This document shows positions 19,791 to 30,656 of a stretch of 64,000 nt of DNA, one piece after another (positions within the stretch are counted from its first letter, which is position 1; each line of letters opens with the position of its first letter). Location: NCBI GenBank assembly GCA_047602425.1, contig JASGHG010000001.1, positions 1,856,001-1,920,000 of the forward strand, read 5' to 3'. Both the position numbers and the translations under genes were made by a program. The notes beneath the pieces are model-generated. The model searched no databases. It worked only from the letters and a program-made list of their open reading frames with translations, and was not told the origin of the DNA. The stretch comes from Nibricoccus sp. GTDB lineage: Bacteria > Verrucomicrobiota > Verrucomicrobiia > Opitutales > Opitutaceae.

Positions 19791-22700
19791 ATGGCACCCC
19801 AGCTCCCAGGCCCCCTCCTGCTAAGACGCCTTCATCTCGGACTCACGACCGCGCTGATCGCGCTTGCATCCATGTCGCTGGCGGCAGGGATGCTCGAGTT
19901 TAACGAACCGATACTTTGGGGCATTTTCACGTCTCCCTTGTCCGCCGGCGTCGCCGCGGGCTTTCTCCTCTTCGGCTTTTCGCTTCTCGGTGTGGAACTC
20001 GGCTGGAGCCGCGCAGGCCGGCTGGCCCTCGTCCCAGCCGCGATCGCTTGCTACCTCCAGCTGCAAAAACACCTGCCCCTGCAGCTGGCCTCACTCACCG
20101 CCGCCGCCCCAGCCTCCGCTGTCCCCAACACGGCACCGACTCACCTCGTCCTCGCTTTTTGCTTCGCCCTCGCCGGCCTGAGCCTCTCGCTGCTCTCTCA
20201 TAAAAAAACTTCATCGCGTGCGCCACTCGCTCTGGCATTCAGCGGCTCTCTCAGCACTGCCGTCGGCGGTTCCACCCTCCTCGGTTACACCCTCAATCTA
20301 CCGGCCGTTTATCACTGGGGCACCACCGACCGCCTTGCGCCCGCCGCCGCCATTCTTCTCATCCTGCTCGGTCTTCTCTATCTCAGCCTTGCTTGGCATC
20401 GCCACAGAGCCGATCGACCGGGTGCGCCCGCCTGGTTGCCCATGCCCGTTGTGGTTATGTCAACCACCTTGTCCCTTATCCTTTGGATCGGCCTGCGCGA
20501 ACGTGAAGCCATCTACCTCGGCACTCGCACCCAAATCGCCATCAATACCCTCGCCACGGCCATCAATGCCGAGATCGACCATCTTACCACCGCTGTCGAA
20601 CGACTGGCCCGCCGCTGGAACCAGGCCCCCGATCCCAATCCAGTCCTTTGGGAAACTGACGCCCGAACCCTCCTCGATGAAGCGCAGGGTTGCATTGCCG
20701 TAACCTGGCTCTCCCCCCAACGCCGCACCCTTCACGTTTATCCCACTCGTGGCAACGAGGCGCTCTTTTCCTACGACCACAACACAGATCCCGCACGCCG
20801 CGCCGCTCTTGATGCCGCCAGCCTTCACCTCGCGCCCACGCTATCCGCCACGCACGACCTCCTGCCGGCAGGACGCGGTTTTTCCCTCTGGTGCCCCGTT
20901 CTTCGCAACAACCAGCTTGCCGGTTACGCGGGTTGCGAAATTCTCTACCGCCCCTTCTTCGCCGCCCTTTGCCAGAAGCTCAAACTCGCCGGCACCTACG
21001 ACATCGCACTTTCGATCGGACAAGAACTTATTTATACCGCCAACGTGGGCAGCAGTTCCAGCGCCGCCCACCACTTCGAATCCATTTTCAGCCTGCATGA
21101 CCGGCGCCTTCGGATCGAACTGACCCCATCCAGCCAATATCTCCAATCCAACCGCCGACCCCTCCCGGAAGTCGCCCTCCTCGCCGGCCTCGGCATCACG
21201 GTCCTGCTCGGCCTCAGCGTCCATCTCGCCAGCGCCGCGCGCACCCGGCTTCGCGACTCCCGCCTGGCTAATGTCCGGCTTCTCGCCGAAAACGAGGAGC
21301 GTCGTCGCGTCGAAGAAATGCTCAAAATTTCCGACGAACGCCTTCGCCTCGCCCTCGACAGCACCCAGATCGGCATCTTCGAATGGAATCTTCCCATCAA
21401 TCAGCTCTACTACAGCAGCGGCGTCTGGACCATGCTCGGCTACCTCCCGGGGGTGATACCGCCCACTCCCGAAGCTTGGACTGCCCTGATCCATCCCGAG
21501 GATCTTCCCGGCTATAAAACCATCGTCGAGAACCAACTCAAAGGGTTGGTCTCCTTCATCGAACCCGAGTACCGCGTCCGCACCGCCGAAGGCGAATGGC
21601 GCTGGATCTGCGCGCGTGCGCGAGCCGTCAGTCGCACGCCCAGCGGCGCTCCGCTTCGCATCATCGGCACCCTTCAGGATATCACTCCGCGAAAAAACTC
21701 CGAGCAAGCCTTGCGGGAAAGCCAGGCCGCCGCCCGCAAACTCGCCTTCGTCGCCAGCCGAACCGACAACCTGGTCATCATCGCGCGTCCCGACGGTTCC
21801 ATCGAGTGGGTCAACGAGTCTTTCGAGCGCGTCATGGAGTTGTCTCACTCTGAAATCGAAGGACGCAATCCCATCACTTTCATGGTCGGCCCCGAGACCA
21901 ATCCCCGGACCGTCCGCCGCATCAAGGCCGCCATGAAACGCGGCGAAGGCATCAGTACGGACATCGTCAACTATTCCAAATCGGGAAAAAAATACCACCT
22001 TCACCTCGAAATCCAGCCGGTCCGCAACGAAGCCGGTGTGTTGGAAAATTTTATCGGCGTCATGGCCGACATCACCGCTCGCGTCGAAACCGAACACAAT
22101 CTCCGGCGCGCCAAGACCGAGGCCGACGCCGCCTCGCGTGCCAAGAGCGAATTCCTCGCCTCCATGTCGCACGAAATTCGCACGCCCATGAACGGCGTCA
22201 TCGGCATGACCAGCCTCCTTCTCGACACCAAGCTCAACCACGAGCAACGCGATTACGTTTCCACGATCCGCAGCTCCGGCGACGCCCTGCTCACCATCAT
22301 CAACGACATTCTCGATTTCTCGAAAATCGAATCCGGCAAACTCGAACTCGAACGCCATCCTTTCGATCTCTCCATCTGCCTCGAGGAGGCCCTCGACCTG
22401 TTTTCCGTCGCGGCTGCGGAAAAAGATCTCGAACTGGTTTATCACATCGACGATGCCGTACCCGGTTGGATCGTTGGCGATGTCACCCGCCTCCGCCAGA
22501 TCCTCGTTAATCTCGTCAATAACGCCGTCAAGTTCACGCCGTCCGGCAGCATCGCCATTACCGCCACGCGTATTGGAACACCGGATACCAATCCCGCCAT
22601 CGCCAAACCCGTCACCATCGAACTCGCTGTCACCGACACGGGCATCGGCATCCCGGCCGATCGCATGCACCGGCTCTTCCGACCGTTCAGCCAGGTCGAC

Positions 22701-23702
22701 TCCTCCACTACTCGCAAATACGGCGGCACTGGCCTCGGCCTAGCCATTTGCCACCGCCTGTGCGGACTCATGGGTAGCGGCATCACCGTAACCAGCACCC
22801 AGGGACAAGGCTCCACCTTTAAATTCGAAGTCAACACCGAATCGGTTCCGACTCCCCCTGGCTGGGGCCTCCCCGAAATGCCCGTGCAACTCAACTACGG
22901 TCCGGTCCTTTGTCTCGACGATCACCCCGTCACCCAGAATCGACTCGAAACTTTCTTCCGCGCTTGGGGTGCCCGAGCCACCTGTGCCCCGACTCGTGAA
23001 ACCGCAGCCGATTTCCTCGCCCGCGACCTCAAGCCGTCCGCCGTCGTTCTCGATTACAATCTCGTCAAAACCCGCGAAGCCGCCCCGCTGCTTGCCACGC
23101 TTCTCGAAAAGGAAATCCCCACGCTCTTCCTGCTGCCCAACGCGCAAACCCCTGCCGCCGATTTGCCACCCTGCGAGCACTTTTCCGTCATCTCGAAACC
23201 TCTTCGCAACCTCACCTTGGTGCGCGGTCTCCAAGCTCTCTTTCACGCCCTGCCTGAAAGTACCCCTCCTTTCGCCTACGCGCCCGCCGCCAATCAACAC
23301 CTGCTCGCCCACGAAATCCCGCTCAACATCCTGCTGGTCGAAGACAATCCGGTTAACCAAAAAGTCGCCCTTCGCTTCCTTGATCGCCTGGGCTACCGCG
23401 CCGACGCCGTCGCCAATGGCATCGAGGCCGTCGCCGCTTTGGAGGCGCGCCGTTACGACCTCATTTTAATGGACCTGCAGATGCCCGAAATGGATGGCTT
23501 CGAAGCCTCCCGCCAAATTCGTAAACGCTTCCCCCTTGAACACCAGCCCCGCATCGTCGCCCTGACCGCCAATGCCCTTTCCGGCGATCGTGAACTCTGC
23601 CTCGCCGCCGGCATGAATGACTACATTGCCAAGCCCGTGAAACTCCACGAAATCGCCGATTCCATCCGGCGTCAGTTCAGCGGCAGCCGCCCCCCGTTCT
23701 GA
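19791..23702 (+). CDS. Hybrid sensor histidine kinase (multi-TM, CHASE-like, two PAS, HisKA, HATPase, REC)
   Basis: FLASMSHEIRTPMNG, NLVNNAVKFT, DTGIGI, GGTGLGL, LLVEDN...MDLQMPEMDG...AKP. Confidence 0.92.
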   Translation: MAPQLPGPLLLRRLHLGLTTALIALASMSLAAGMLEFNEPILWGIFTSPLSAGVAAGFLLFGFSLLGVELGWSRAGRLALVPAAIACYLQLQKHLPLQLASLTAAAPASAVPNTAPTHLVLAFCFALAGLSLSLLSHKKTSSRAPLALAFSGSLSTAVGGSTLLGYTLNLPAVYHWGTTDRLAPAAAILLILLGLLYLSLAWHRHRADRPGAPAWLPMPVVVMSTTLSLILWIGLREREAIYLGTRTQIAINTLATAINAEIDHLTTAVERLARRWNQAPDPNPVLWETDARTLLDEAQGCIAVTWLSPQRRTLHVYPTRGNEALFSYDHNTDPARRAALDAASLHLAPTLSATHDLLPAGRGFSLWCPVLRNNQLAGYAGCEILYRPFFAALCQKLKLAGTYDIALSIGQELIYTANVGSSSSAAHHFESIFSLHDRRLRIELTPSSQYLQSNRRPLPEVALLAGLGITVLLGLSVHLASAARTRLRDSRLANVRLLAENEERRRVEEMLKISDERLRLALDSTQIGIFEWNLPINQLYYSSGVWTMLGYLPGVIPPTPEAWTALIHPEDLPGYKTIVENQLKGLVSFIEPEYRVRTAEGEWRWICARARAVSRTPSGAPLRIIGTLQDITPRKNSEQALRESQAAARKLAFVASRTDNLVIIARPDGSIEWVNESFERVMELSHSEIEGRNPITFMVGPETNPRTVRRIKAAMKRGEGISTDIVNYSKSGKKYHLHLEIQPVRNEAGVLENFIGVMADITARVETEHNLRRAKTEADAASRAKSEFLASMSHEIRTPMNGVIGMTSLLLDTKLNHEQRDYVSTIRSSGDALLTIINDILDFSKIESGKLELERHPFDLSICLEEALDLFSVAAAEKDLELVYHIDDAVPGWIVGDVTRLRQILVNLVNNAVKFTPSGSIAITATRIGTPDTNPAIAKPVTIELAVTDTGIGIPADRMHRLFRPFSQVDSSTTRKYGGTGLGLAICHRLCGLMGSGITVTSTQGQGSTFKFEVNTESVPTPPGWGLPEMPVQLNYGPVLCLDDHPVTQNRLETFFRAWGARATCAPTRETAADFLARDLKPSAVVLDYNLVKTREAAPLLATLLEKEIPTLFLLPNAQTPAADLPPCEHFSVISKPLRNLTLVRGLQALFHALPESTPPFAYAPAANQHLLAHEIPLNILLVEDNPVNQKVALRFLDRLGYRADAVANGIEAVAALEARRYDLILMDLQMPEMDGFEASRQIRKRFPLEHQPRIVALTANALSGDRELCLAAGMNDYIAKPVKLHEIADSIRRQFSGSRPPF

Positions 23703-24017
23703 ACTTAAAGGTCACTTGCTCCGCAAAATCCGGCGTCGGAGTTCCATAAACTTCGGCTACGTTTTCGAAAACGTGTCCCAATTGGGTAACCTTGCCGTTT
23801 ACAGAGGGTTCAACTCCTCCGAGACAACCAGCCGCCAGAGGCCATTTGCTTGCATATTTTTGGTTGACGAAAGCAAGCCATCGTAAAAAGGTTCTTCTGA
23901 CACCCACCTGCGATTATCGCAGCTTCAACCCATAACTCACACCACAGCAGAAAGACACCTTCGCCCCTGCGCGACTAGGACTCGAATCCTTTTTTGTCCC
24001 ATACCAACAACCACACC

Positions 24018-27000
24018 ATGAAACCCACACAACCCAACACCATGCAGAACATCCATCGGAGCTTCTTCCGATGGATGACCACCGGCGTTGTTGCCTTGGT
24101 TTTGAGCCTCACCTCCGCGGTGTACGCCCAAACCACCGGCACTATCTCCGGCCAGGTCGTCGATAGCTCCACTGGCAAGTACCTCGAAGGCGCCGAAGTC
24201 AACGTCAATGACCTCCGCACCACCACCGAACGCGATGGCCGGTTCACGGTCCGCAACGTTCCCGCCGGCTCACAGAAAGTCATCGTCAACTACCCCGGCC
24301 TCGAAACCACCGAGAGCGCCGTCGAAGTGGCCGCTGGCCAGACGGTCGACGTCGCCGTCAAAATGGCTTCCTCCGAAGTCATCACCCTCGGCGAATTCAA
24401 AGTTGAAGGCGCCAAGGAAGGCATGTCCCAGGCGGTGGCCCTTCAAAAAGTCGCCATCCAAGCCAAGCTCGTTACCGCTGGCGACCAGTTCGGCGCCATC
24501 TCCGAAGGCAACGTCGGCGAATACCTCAAGTACCTCCCCGGCGTCGGCGTTGACTACAACGTAAACGACGCCCGCGGCGTTTCCCTCCGCGGTCTTCGCA
24601 CCAGCTTCACCATCATCGCCGTCGACGGCACACCCATGGCCTCCGCCTCCTCCGGCGCCGCCAATCGCCGCTTCGAACTCGAACAGGTCAACTCCACCAA
24701 CGTCGAGACCACCGAAGTCTACAAAATGCTCCTTCCCGACGCTCCAGCCGACGCCACCGGCGGCTATATCAACATGGTCACCAAGAGCGCTTTCGACCGT
24801 CAGGACATCCAACGCATCGAATACGATGTCAGCCTCCTCGTCCCCAGCAGCCGCCTTAACGACGCCCTTTCTTCGCAAGCCGGCACGTGGGGTGGCAGCG
24901 AACACCATGTCGTCCGTCCCAACATGGATATGAACTTTGCTCGCCGCGTAAGCGACAAGTTCGGCTTCAATCTCAGCTACAAGCTCTCCGAACGCTACGA
25001 CGATTCACCGCGCACTGAATACACATGGCTCACGACAGCTGCTGCCGCCAGCGGCACAGCAGCCACCAACCCGCTCACCCTGGCTGATCCGACCCTTTCG
25101 GTTTACAACCAGAACAATGAGCAAAAGCTCACGCATCGTGAATCCTTCGGCGCAAAACTGGATTACTTCATCACCGATTCCACCAAGCTCACCTTCTCCG
25201 GCCAATGGAATTGGTATGATCTGACCTTCAGCCAACGTGCCATGACCTACACGTTCGGCACCAATAGTGTCGTCAATCTGCCCGGTATTGAAAACAACCA
25301 AGCCGCTGGCTCCGGACGCTCGATTGCAAACAACGTCAATCAACGCCGCAAGTATGGCACGACCACCCATCTCAACACCACACTGCGTCACGAATTCAAT
25401 GACCACTCGAGCGCTTGGCTCACAGGTTATTGGTCGCAGGCTGACAGCAAATATCGCGACACCACCGGCGATTTCCTCGCGCAAGTCAGCGCAAACTACA
25501 ATGGCAACCCCGGCTTCGTCGTTAGCAACGTTGCTTCGAGCCAGAAGAATCCCGGAGTTGCAGTCAACGGAGCCACTGAAGCCCAGCTGCGCAGCCTCGC
25601 CAATTATACAATCCAGAACGGCGCGAGCACCCGTTCCCGTCCGCTCACCGGCCTCGACACCAAGAGCGGTGTTCGTGGCGACTACAAATATGAGCTGGAT
25701 CTTGCCGTTCCGCTGACACTCCAAAGCGGTTTTGCCTACGATGTCGTCAGTCGCGGGATCAATGAATTTGAGTTCCGCGCTCCGACTTCGGTCACTGGTT
25801 CCGCTTCAGCGATCGCCTCCGACTACATCTTCGACTACGGCTACAACTACGGTGTCGGCCAAGTCGTGGACGTCTACAAAGCGTTTAGTCTTTTCGGCGC
25901 AACCGTCATGGATACCCGGCCCAATACTTGGAACGTCACCCACTTCCAGGAAGACAACAAAGCCGGATACTTCCGCGCAGATGCTGTCTTTTTGAAGAAC
26001 CTGACTCTCGCCGGTGGCGTTCGCTGGGAACAGCACAACCTTGAAGCCAATCGCTTCAGCGTCGTCACGGCCGGTTCCCGTCCGAACACCGTCAAATTGG
26101 ACTATAGCAAACTGTATCCTTCGCTCATGGCCAAATATCAGCCTACGCGCCAATGGATCTTCCGTACCGGTGTTAGCAAGACCGTCGGTCACCCCGACTA
26201 TGCTGAAGTTTTGCCGACCGTCACCTACATCGAAGGCAGCACGACCGGTATCAACATCACCGTGCCTGCCGACGGTCTGAAACCCTACTACGTCACCAAC
26301 TACGACGTGAGCGGCGAATACTACTTCTCAAAGTCCGGCTTGGTCAGCGCCTCCATTTTCCGCAAGGACGTTGAAGGCTTCATTTCCGCCGTCGGTATCA
26401 CTGACCCCGCCCAGCGCCGCGCTTTGATTCGGAAGCATATCAATCCGAATTTCTCGGACACCGATCCTCTCCCAACCGGTACGTTCCAAGAATATCAAAA
26501 CGGTAAGAATTCCACCGTCGAAGGTCTCGAACTGATGTACAATCAGAACCTCTCCTTCCTCCCGGCTCCGTTCAACGGCCTCAATCTCCAGGTCAACTGG
26601 TCAAAGATGGATGTCGATGCGGACGCCGACGTAGATCCGGTCACCGGCCTGCCGAACGGAGGTACGTCCACCCAGTACGCCCAGGAAACCGCCGCCAATC
26701 TGCAAACCTTCAACTTCGCCATTGGTTACCGCCAAAAGAAGTTCAGCACGCAGGTCAGCGCGAATTGGACCGACGACAAGCTGATCGCCACTTCGATCTC
26801 GAACAACACGCTCAATTCGTATCAAGCGCCCGACTGGAAGGTAAACATCACCGCGAAGTACGAGCTGAATCGCCACTACATCGTCTACATCAACGTCAGC
26901 AACTTGTTCTCCCAACGTACCGAATACTACCGAGGCTCAGCCCTCGGCACGCAGGACACCACCCTGCCGTTCCGCAAGTTCGAATTCGGCTACCCTCACA

Positions 27001-27029
27001 TCGCCCTCGGCGTGAAGGGCTCGTTCTAA
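24018..27029 (+). CDS. TonB-dependent receptor with N-terminal carboxypeptidase-regulatory-like domain
   Basis: Signal peptide, GTISGQVVD, plug (LPGV...SLRG...VDG), INVSNLF, terminal Phe (GVKGSF); alternative start at 24042. Confidence 0.9.
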   Translation: MKPTQPNTMQNIHRSFFRWMTTGVVALVLSLTSAVYAQTTGTISGQVVDSSTGKYLEGAEVNVNDLRTTTERDGRFTVRNVPAGSQKVIVNYPGLETTESAVEVAAGQTVDVAVKMASSEVITLGEFKVEGAKEGMSQAVALQKVAIQAKLVTAGDQFGAISEGNVGEYLKYLPGVGVDYNVNDARGVSLRGLRTSFTIIAVDGTPMASASSGAANRRFELEQVNSTNVETTEVYKMLLPDAPADATGGYINMVTKSAFDRQDIQRIEYDVSLLVPSSRLNDALSSQAGTWGGSEHHVVRPNMDMNFARRVSDKFGFNLSYKLSERYDDSPRTEYTWLTTAAAASGTAATNPLTLADPTLSVYNQNNEQKLTHRESFGAKLDYFITDSTKLTFSGQWNWYDLTFSQRAMTYTFGTNSVVNLPGIENNQAAGSGRSIANNVNQRRKYGTTTHLNTTLRHEFNDHSSAWLTGYWSQADSKYRDTTGDFLAQVSANYNGNPGFVVSNVASSQKNPGVAVNGATEAQLRSLANYTIQNGASTRSRPLTGLDTKSGVRGDYKYELDLAVPLTLQSGFAYDVVSRGINEFEFRAPTSVTGSASAIASDYIFDYGYNYGVGQVVDVYKAFSLFGATVMDTRPNTWNVTHFQEDNKAGYFRADAVFLKNLTLAGGVRWEQHNLEANRFSVVTAGSRPNTVKLDYSKLYPSLMAKYQPTRQWIFRTGVSKTVGHPDYAEVLPTVTYIEGSTTGINITVPADGLKPYYVTNYDVSGEYYFSKSGLVSASIFRKDVEGFISAVGITDPAQRRALIRKHINPNFSDTDPLPTGTFQEYQNGKNSTVEGLELMYNQNLSFLPAPFNGLNLQVNWSKMDVDADADVDPVTGLPNGGTSTQYAQETAANLQTFNFAIGYRQKKFSTQVSANWTDDKLIATSISNNTLNSYQAPDWKVNITAKYELNRHYIVYINVSNLFSQRTEYYRGSALGTQDTTLPFRKFEFGYPHIALGVKGSF

Positions 27030-27056
27030 ACGAAGAACGAACCAACGATTAACTCC

Positions 27057-27083
27057 AAGGCCCGCCACACGGCGGGCCTTTTT
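27057..27083 (+). terminator. Rho-independent terminator
   Basis: AAGGCCCGCC-ACAC-GGCGGGCCTT followed by a T run, after the TonB receptor. Confidence 0.85.
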
Positions 27084-27302
27084 CATGCCCATCGGATGCC
27101 GATCGCGTCACCCGCCGCGCATCGTGCGATACGTGGGAGCCCCAAAACCAACTTGTCTCGTATTACGTCACATAACATTTTACTATCACCAATACTTTCC
27201 TTCCCTCCGGCTTCGGGCAATCCCTGCTTCGCCCAATCACACCTTCTTTTGTCTTTTCTGTTTTTTGTGTCCTTTGTGTTTTTTACCGCCAATCTCTCCT
27301 GC

Positions 27303-27470
27303 ATGAAACGACTCCCCGGCGTCCTCCTCTTCCTCATCCTCGTTCTCGTCCTCCTCCAGATCCTCACCATGCGCGTGCTGAGCAGCACCGGGAAACGCGT
27401 CACTATTCTTGAGAAGAAAGTGGAATCCCTACAGCCCGCTGTACAGCAGCCGGCTGCTCCCGCCAAATAG
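27303..27470 (+). CDS. Small single-TM protein (55 aa)
   Basis: MKRLPGVLLFLILVLVLLQIL then a coiled-coil-like tail; host-like codon pattern; terminator downstream. Confidence 0.55.
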   Translation: MKRLPGVLLFLILVLVLLQILTMRVLSSTGKRVTILEKKVESLQPAVQQPAAPAK

Positions 27471-27588
27471 CGCAGCAAATCCCGCTAGCGTTGGCGCCGC
27501 GTCACTATTTCCAAACAATCTAACGCGTCCGCGCCGCTAAAGAATCTCCTCCCACTTCCCTTTCTAACTGTTTCGCGAATAAAATAAT

Positions 27589-27621
27589 AAAGGCGGGCGC
27601 GTTTTACGGCGCCCGCCTTTT
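27589..27621. terminator. Bidirectional terminator-like hairpin
   Basis: AAAGGCGGGCGC-8nt-GCGCCCGCCTTT. Confidence 0.7.
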
Positions 27622-28030
27622 GTTTCACCCTCAGCTAGACCAAAAACCAAACGTGCTTGGCTTCTTGCCAACCCGCCAAATCGGGAGGCCAGAGGCCGGT
27701 CCAACCGGCTTGCCAGCGGTTATGTCAAGAAACGCACCGAAATGCGCCAGCGAGCTACTCGCTATATATGTTTTAAGGAAAATCCTCCCGGCGTTACGGA
27801 CTTTCTGCATTTTTCTAAAAAAAAGTTTGTTTATTCGATCGGCCCATCCCGCAAAACCCTCGGTCGACCCGCGCTCGGAATGCAAATTTACCACATTATG
27901 CATTTATAATTAATGACTTAAGTAAAATTTATCCCGCTCGCCATCTTTTCTTCGGCATACTGCCTAAAAGGGTCAATTACCCCTCGCATTGACAATCCAG
28001 TTCGCGAAAGACCTCATCACCCACCTCTCC

Positions 28031-29434
28031 ATGTCGTCCTACGTCGCCGAGATATCGACTTTGCTGCCCTGGTTTTTGCCCACCGCGGCTTTCATTTTCG
28101 GCGCGATGATCGGCAGTTTCCTCAATGTCGTCATCTACCGGGTTCCGGCTAACAAATCCATCGTGTACCCCGGTTCGCATTGCGCCTGTGGCGCCCCGAT
28201 CGCTTGGTACGACAATATCCCGATCGTCAGCTGGTTCATCCTCCGCGGACGAGCTCGCTGCTGCGGACGAGCCTACTCGTTTCGTTACCCGTTCATTGAA
28301 TTGCTGACCGGTTTATTATTCCTGTGGTGCTGGTTGCGGTTCGCGCCCGAGGCTCCCACCAAAGCCCTGTGCGGGATGGCGTTCATCTCGGTTCTTATCT
28401 GCGCGACCTTCATCGACCTGGACCACATGATCATTCCCGATGTATTTACCGTCTGGTTCGGGTTGGTTGGTCTGGTGCTTTCCGCGGCCGCCCCCGCCTT
28501 GCATGGTCAGATGACAGGCAACTTCACCAACGACCTCGTGCACAGCCTGACCATTTCCGCCAAGGGACTATTTATCGGTTCCGCACTGGTGCTTTGGATT
28601 GCGTTTCTTGCCGAACACATCCTGCGCAAAGAGGCCATGGGGTTTGGCGATGTTAAATTTGTCGGTATGATCGGAGCGTTCTGCGGCTGGCAGGGCGCGG
28701 TTTGTTCGATCTTTGGCGGCGCCGTTGTCGGTACCGTCTGGTTTATATTCGCGCTGATCTGGCAGAAGATCTCAGGCCGTTCCCAGGCGATCCAAACCCG
28801 CCCCCCCGAACCAACAGCCGGCGAAGAAGCGCCGCCCGTCGACGAGTCCCAACCGTTCAATTACCTCAATGCCGCCGCGCTTGCCGCCGGTGTGCTGGGC
28901 GTGTTCGTCGCTTTCGTGCGCCCCGCTTTTCTTCCGAGCACCGACGCTCCTTTTCTTTTCGAATCCCTGCAATCGGTCACGACCGCGCTCACAGGACTTC
29001 TCGTCGGTTCCGGCGCGGTCCTCAGCGTGGGACTTCTCGTCGAAACGCCATTTAAAAAAGACTGGCTGCCTTCGCATGCGGTCACCTTTGTCGGCGCCAT
29101 CGGCGCTTTCAGCCGCTGGCACGAGGGCTGGTTGGCTTTGGTGTGGGGCACGTTGTCCGCCACTATCGTGACTGCACTCATCTTCGGGGTGCTCAAAGCG
29201 TTCGCAAAAATTAAAAACCAGTCCGAAGCGACAAACCAGCAGGCCCACGCACCGGCCGAGCCGCTCTCCGAAAACGATATCGACAAGGCCCCGGCTCCGC
29301 TCGGTTTCGGTATGCACGTGCCGTTTGGCCCGATGCTGGCCATCGGCGCGTTGCTCTACTTCCTCGCGGCCGACCGCTGGATCGACAGTTACTTTGCTCA
29401 GTTCTCCGAAATCATTGCCCAAGGCCCGCTCTGA
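28031..29434 (+). CDS. pilD: Prepilin peptidase (A24) with internal duplication
   Basis: GSFLNVVIYRVP, Cys cluster, IDLDH and MGFGDVK catalytic Asp motifs, VPFGPML. Confidence 0.85.
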   Translation: MSSYVAEISTLLPWFLPTAAFIFGAMIGSFLNVVIYRVPANKSIVYPGSHCACGAPIAWYDNIPIVSWFILRGRARCCGRAYSFRYPFIELLTGLLFLWCWLRFAPEAPTKALCGMAFISVLICATFIDLDHMIIPDVFTVWFGLVGLVLSAAAPALHGQMTGNFTNDLVHSLTISAKGLFIGSALVLWIAFLAEHILRKEAMGFGDVKFVGMIGAFCGWQGAVCSIFGGAVVGTVWFIFALIWQKISGRSQAIQTRPPEPTAGEEAPPVDESQPFNYLNAAALAAGVLGVFVAFVRPAFLPSTDAPFLFESLQSVTTALTGLLVGSGAVLSVGLLVETPFKKDWLPSHAVTFVGAIGAFSRWHEGWLALVWGTLSATIVTALIFGVLKAFAKIKNQSEATNQQAHAPAEPLSENDIDKAPAPLGFGMHVPFGPMLAIGALLYFLAADRWIDSYFAQFSEIIAQGPL

Positions 29435-29516
29435 TTTCTCCGCGGTTTTTTTCGATCTGTTCAGCAAAAAGGCGCGCCGGTGAAGACGCGCCCGATGAAA
29501 TAAATATCGATTCTAT

Positions 29517-30656
29517 TTACACGTACTCCGCGCCTGGCCCCGTCTTGAGATGCAGGGTATTGGGTGCTGCGCCAAATTTTGTTTTGTAGGCAGCAGCCAC
29601 GCGATCGGCATCCGCCTGCGCAAACGAACCATTCGTCATCGCCATGACCGCGCCGCCAAAGCCGCCGCCCGTGAGCCGGGCGCCGAAGACGTTTTTAGCA
29701 GTCGACAGAGTGTCGACGAGAAAATCGAGTTCCGGCGTGCTGTTTTCAAACTGCGTCTGCGAACTGCGGTGCGACGCCGTGAGCAATTTGCCCGTGGTCG
29801 CAAGGTCCGCTTTCGCCAGGGCCGCCCGCACCTGCGCTACTCGGTCGATTTCCTCGATCACGTGTTTCGCGCGTTTGAACGCCGTGGCATCCAGCTTTCC
29901 TTTGGCGGCTTCGAGCTTTGGCAGCGTCGCATCAACGAGCAGCGGAACACCAAGCACTTTCGCCGCCTCCATGCATTCCCGATGCCGCGCCGCGTAGAGC
30001 CCATCGACCAACGCATGCTTTGTGTGCGTGTTGAAAACCCAGAAATGTGCGTCCGCCGGCAACGGCACCGTCTCGAACACCGGCCCGCGACAATCGATAA
30101 AAACAAGATGATCCTTCTGACCGAAGCCCGAGACTCCCTGGTCAAGAATGCCGCAAGGCACGCCCACGAATTCGTTCTCCGCTTTTTTCGCCAACTTCAC
30201 GATTGTCTCTCGCGATGGTTTTTCACTCGTCAACGCAGTAAATGCGAGCGCCGACGCCAGTTCGATCGCCGCACTGCTGCTCATGCCCGCGCCCGAAGGC
30301 AAATCGGACGCATCGAGAAATTGAAAGCCGCCCGGCCGCTTCAGACCGAATGCCGGAAGATGAGTCCAAACGCCGAGCGGATAGTTCACCCAATTGAGTT
30401 CGCCCGTCTGCTTCGCCGCACGCGTCAGATCGATCTTAACCATCTTCTTGGAGTAACCGCTGTAGAATGACGCTTCATTGCCCGGCACCGCGCGCGCCGC
30501 AACCCAGATGCCGCGATCGATTGCCGCGCCCAACACCGTGCCACCATTGTAGTCGGTGTGATTTCCGATGAATTCGATGCGTCCCGGAGCCCGGGCGACA
30601 ACATCCGGCGCGGAGCCGAAGACTTCTTTAAATTGAGCGACGATTTTATCCTTCAT
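29517..30656 (-). CDS. galK: Galactokinase
   Basis: APGRIEFIGNHTDYNGG, PSGAGMSSSAA, CGILDQ, GARLTGGGFGG. Confidence 0.9.
   Translation of the reverse strand: MKDKIVAQFKEVFGSAPDVVARAPGRIEFIGNHTDYNGGTVLGAAIDRGIWVAARAVPGNEASFYSGYSKKMVKIDLTRAAKQTGELNWVNYPLGVWTHLPAFGLKRPGGFQFLDASDLPSGAGMSSSAAIELASALAFTALTSEKPSRETIVKLAKKAENEFVGVPCGILDQGVSGFGQKDHLVFIDCRGPVFETVPLPADAHFWVFNTHTKHALVDGLYAARHRECMEAAKVLGVPLLVDATLPKLEAAKGKLDATAFKRAKHVIEEIDRVAQVRAALAKADLATTGKLLTASHRSSQTQFENSTPELDFLVDTLSTAKNVFGARLTGGGFGGAVMAMTNGSFAQADADRVAAAYKTKFGAAPNTLHLKTGPGAEYV

Noticed and set aside
13259..22670. Long minus-strand ORFs (13259-15340, 693 aa; 20841-22670, 609 aa)
   Set aside because: Antisense to well-supported GldG/DUF4340-like and histidine kinase genes.
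27620..27990. AT-rich intergenic stretch with overlapping 90-97 aa ORFs
   Set aside because: No RBS, motif or host-like codon pattern; probably the promoter region of the prepilin peptidase; no ncRNA family recognised.
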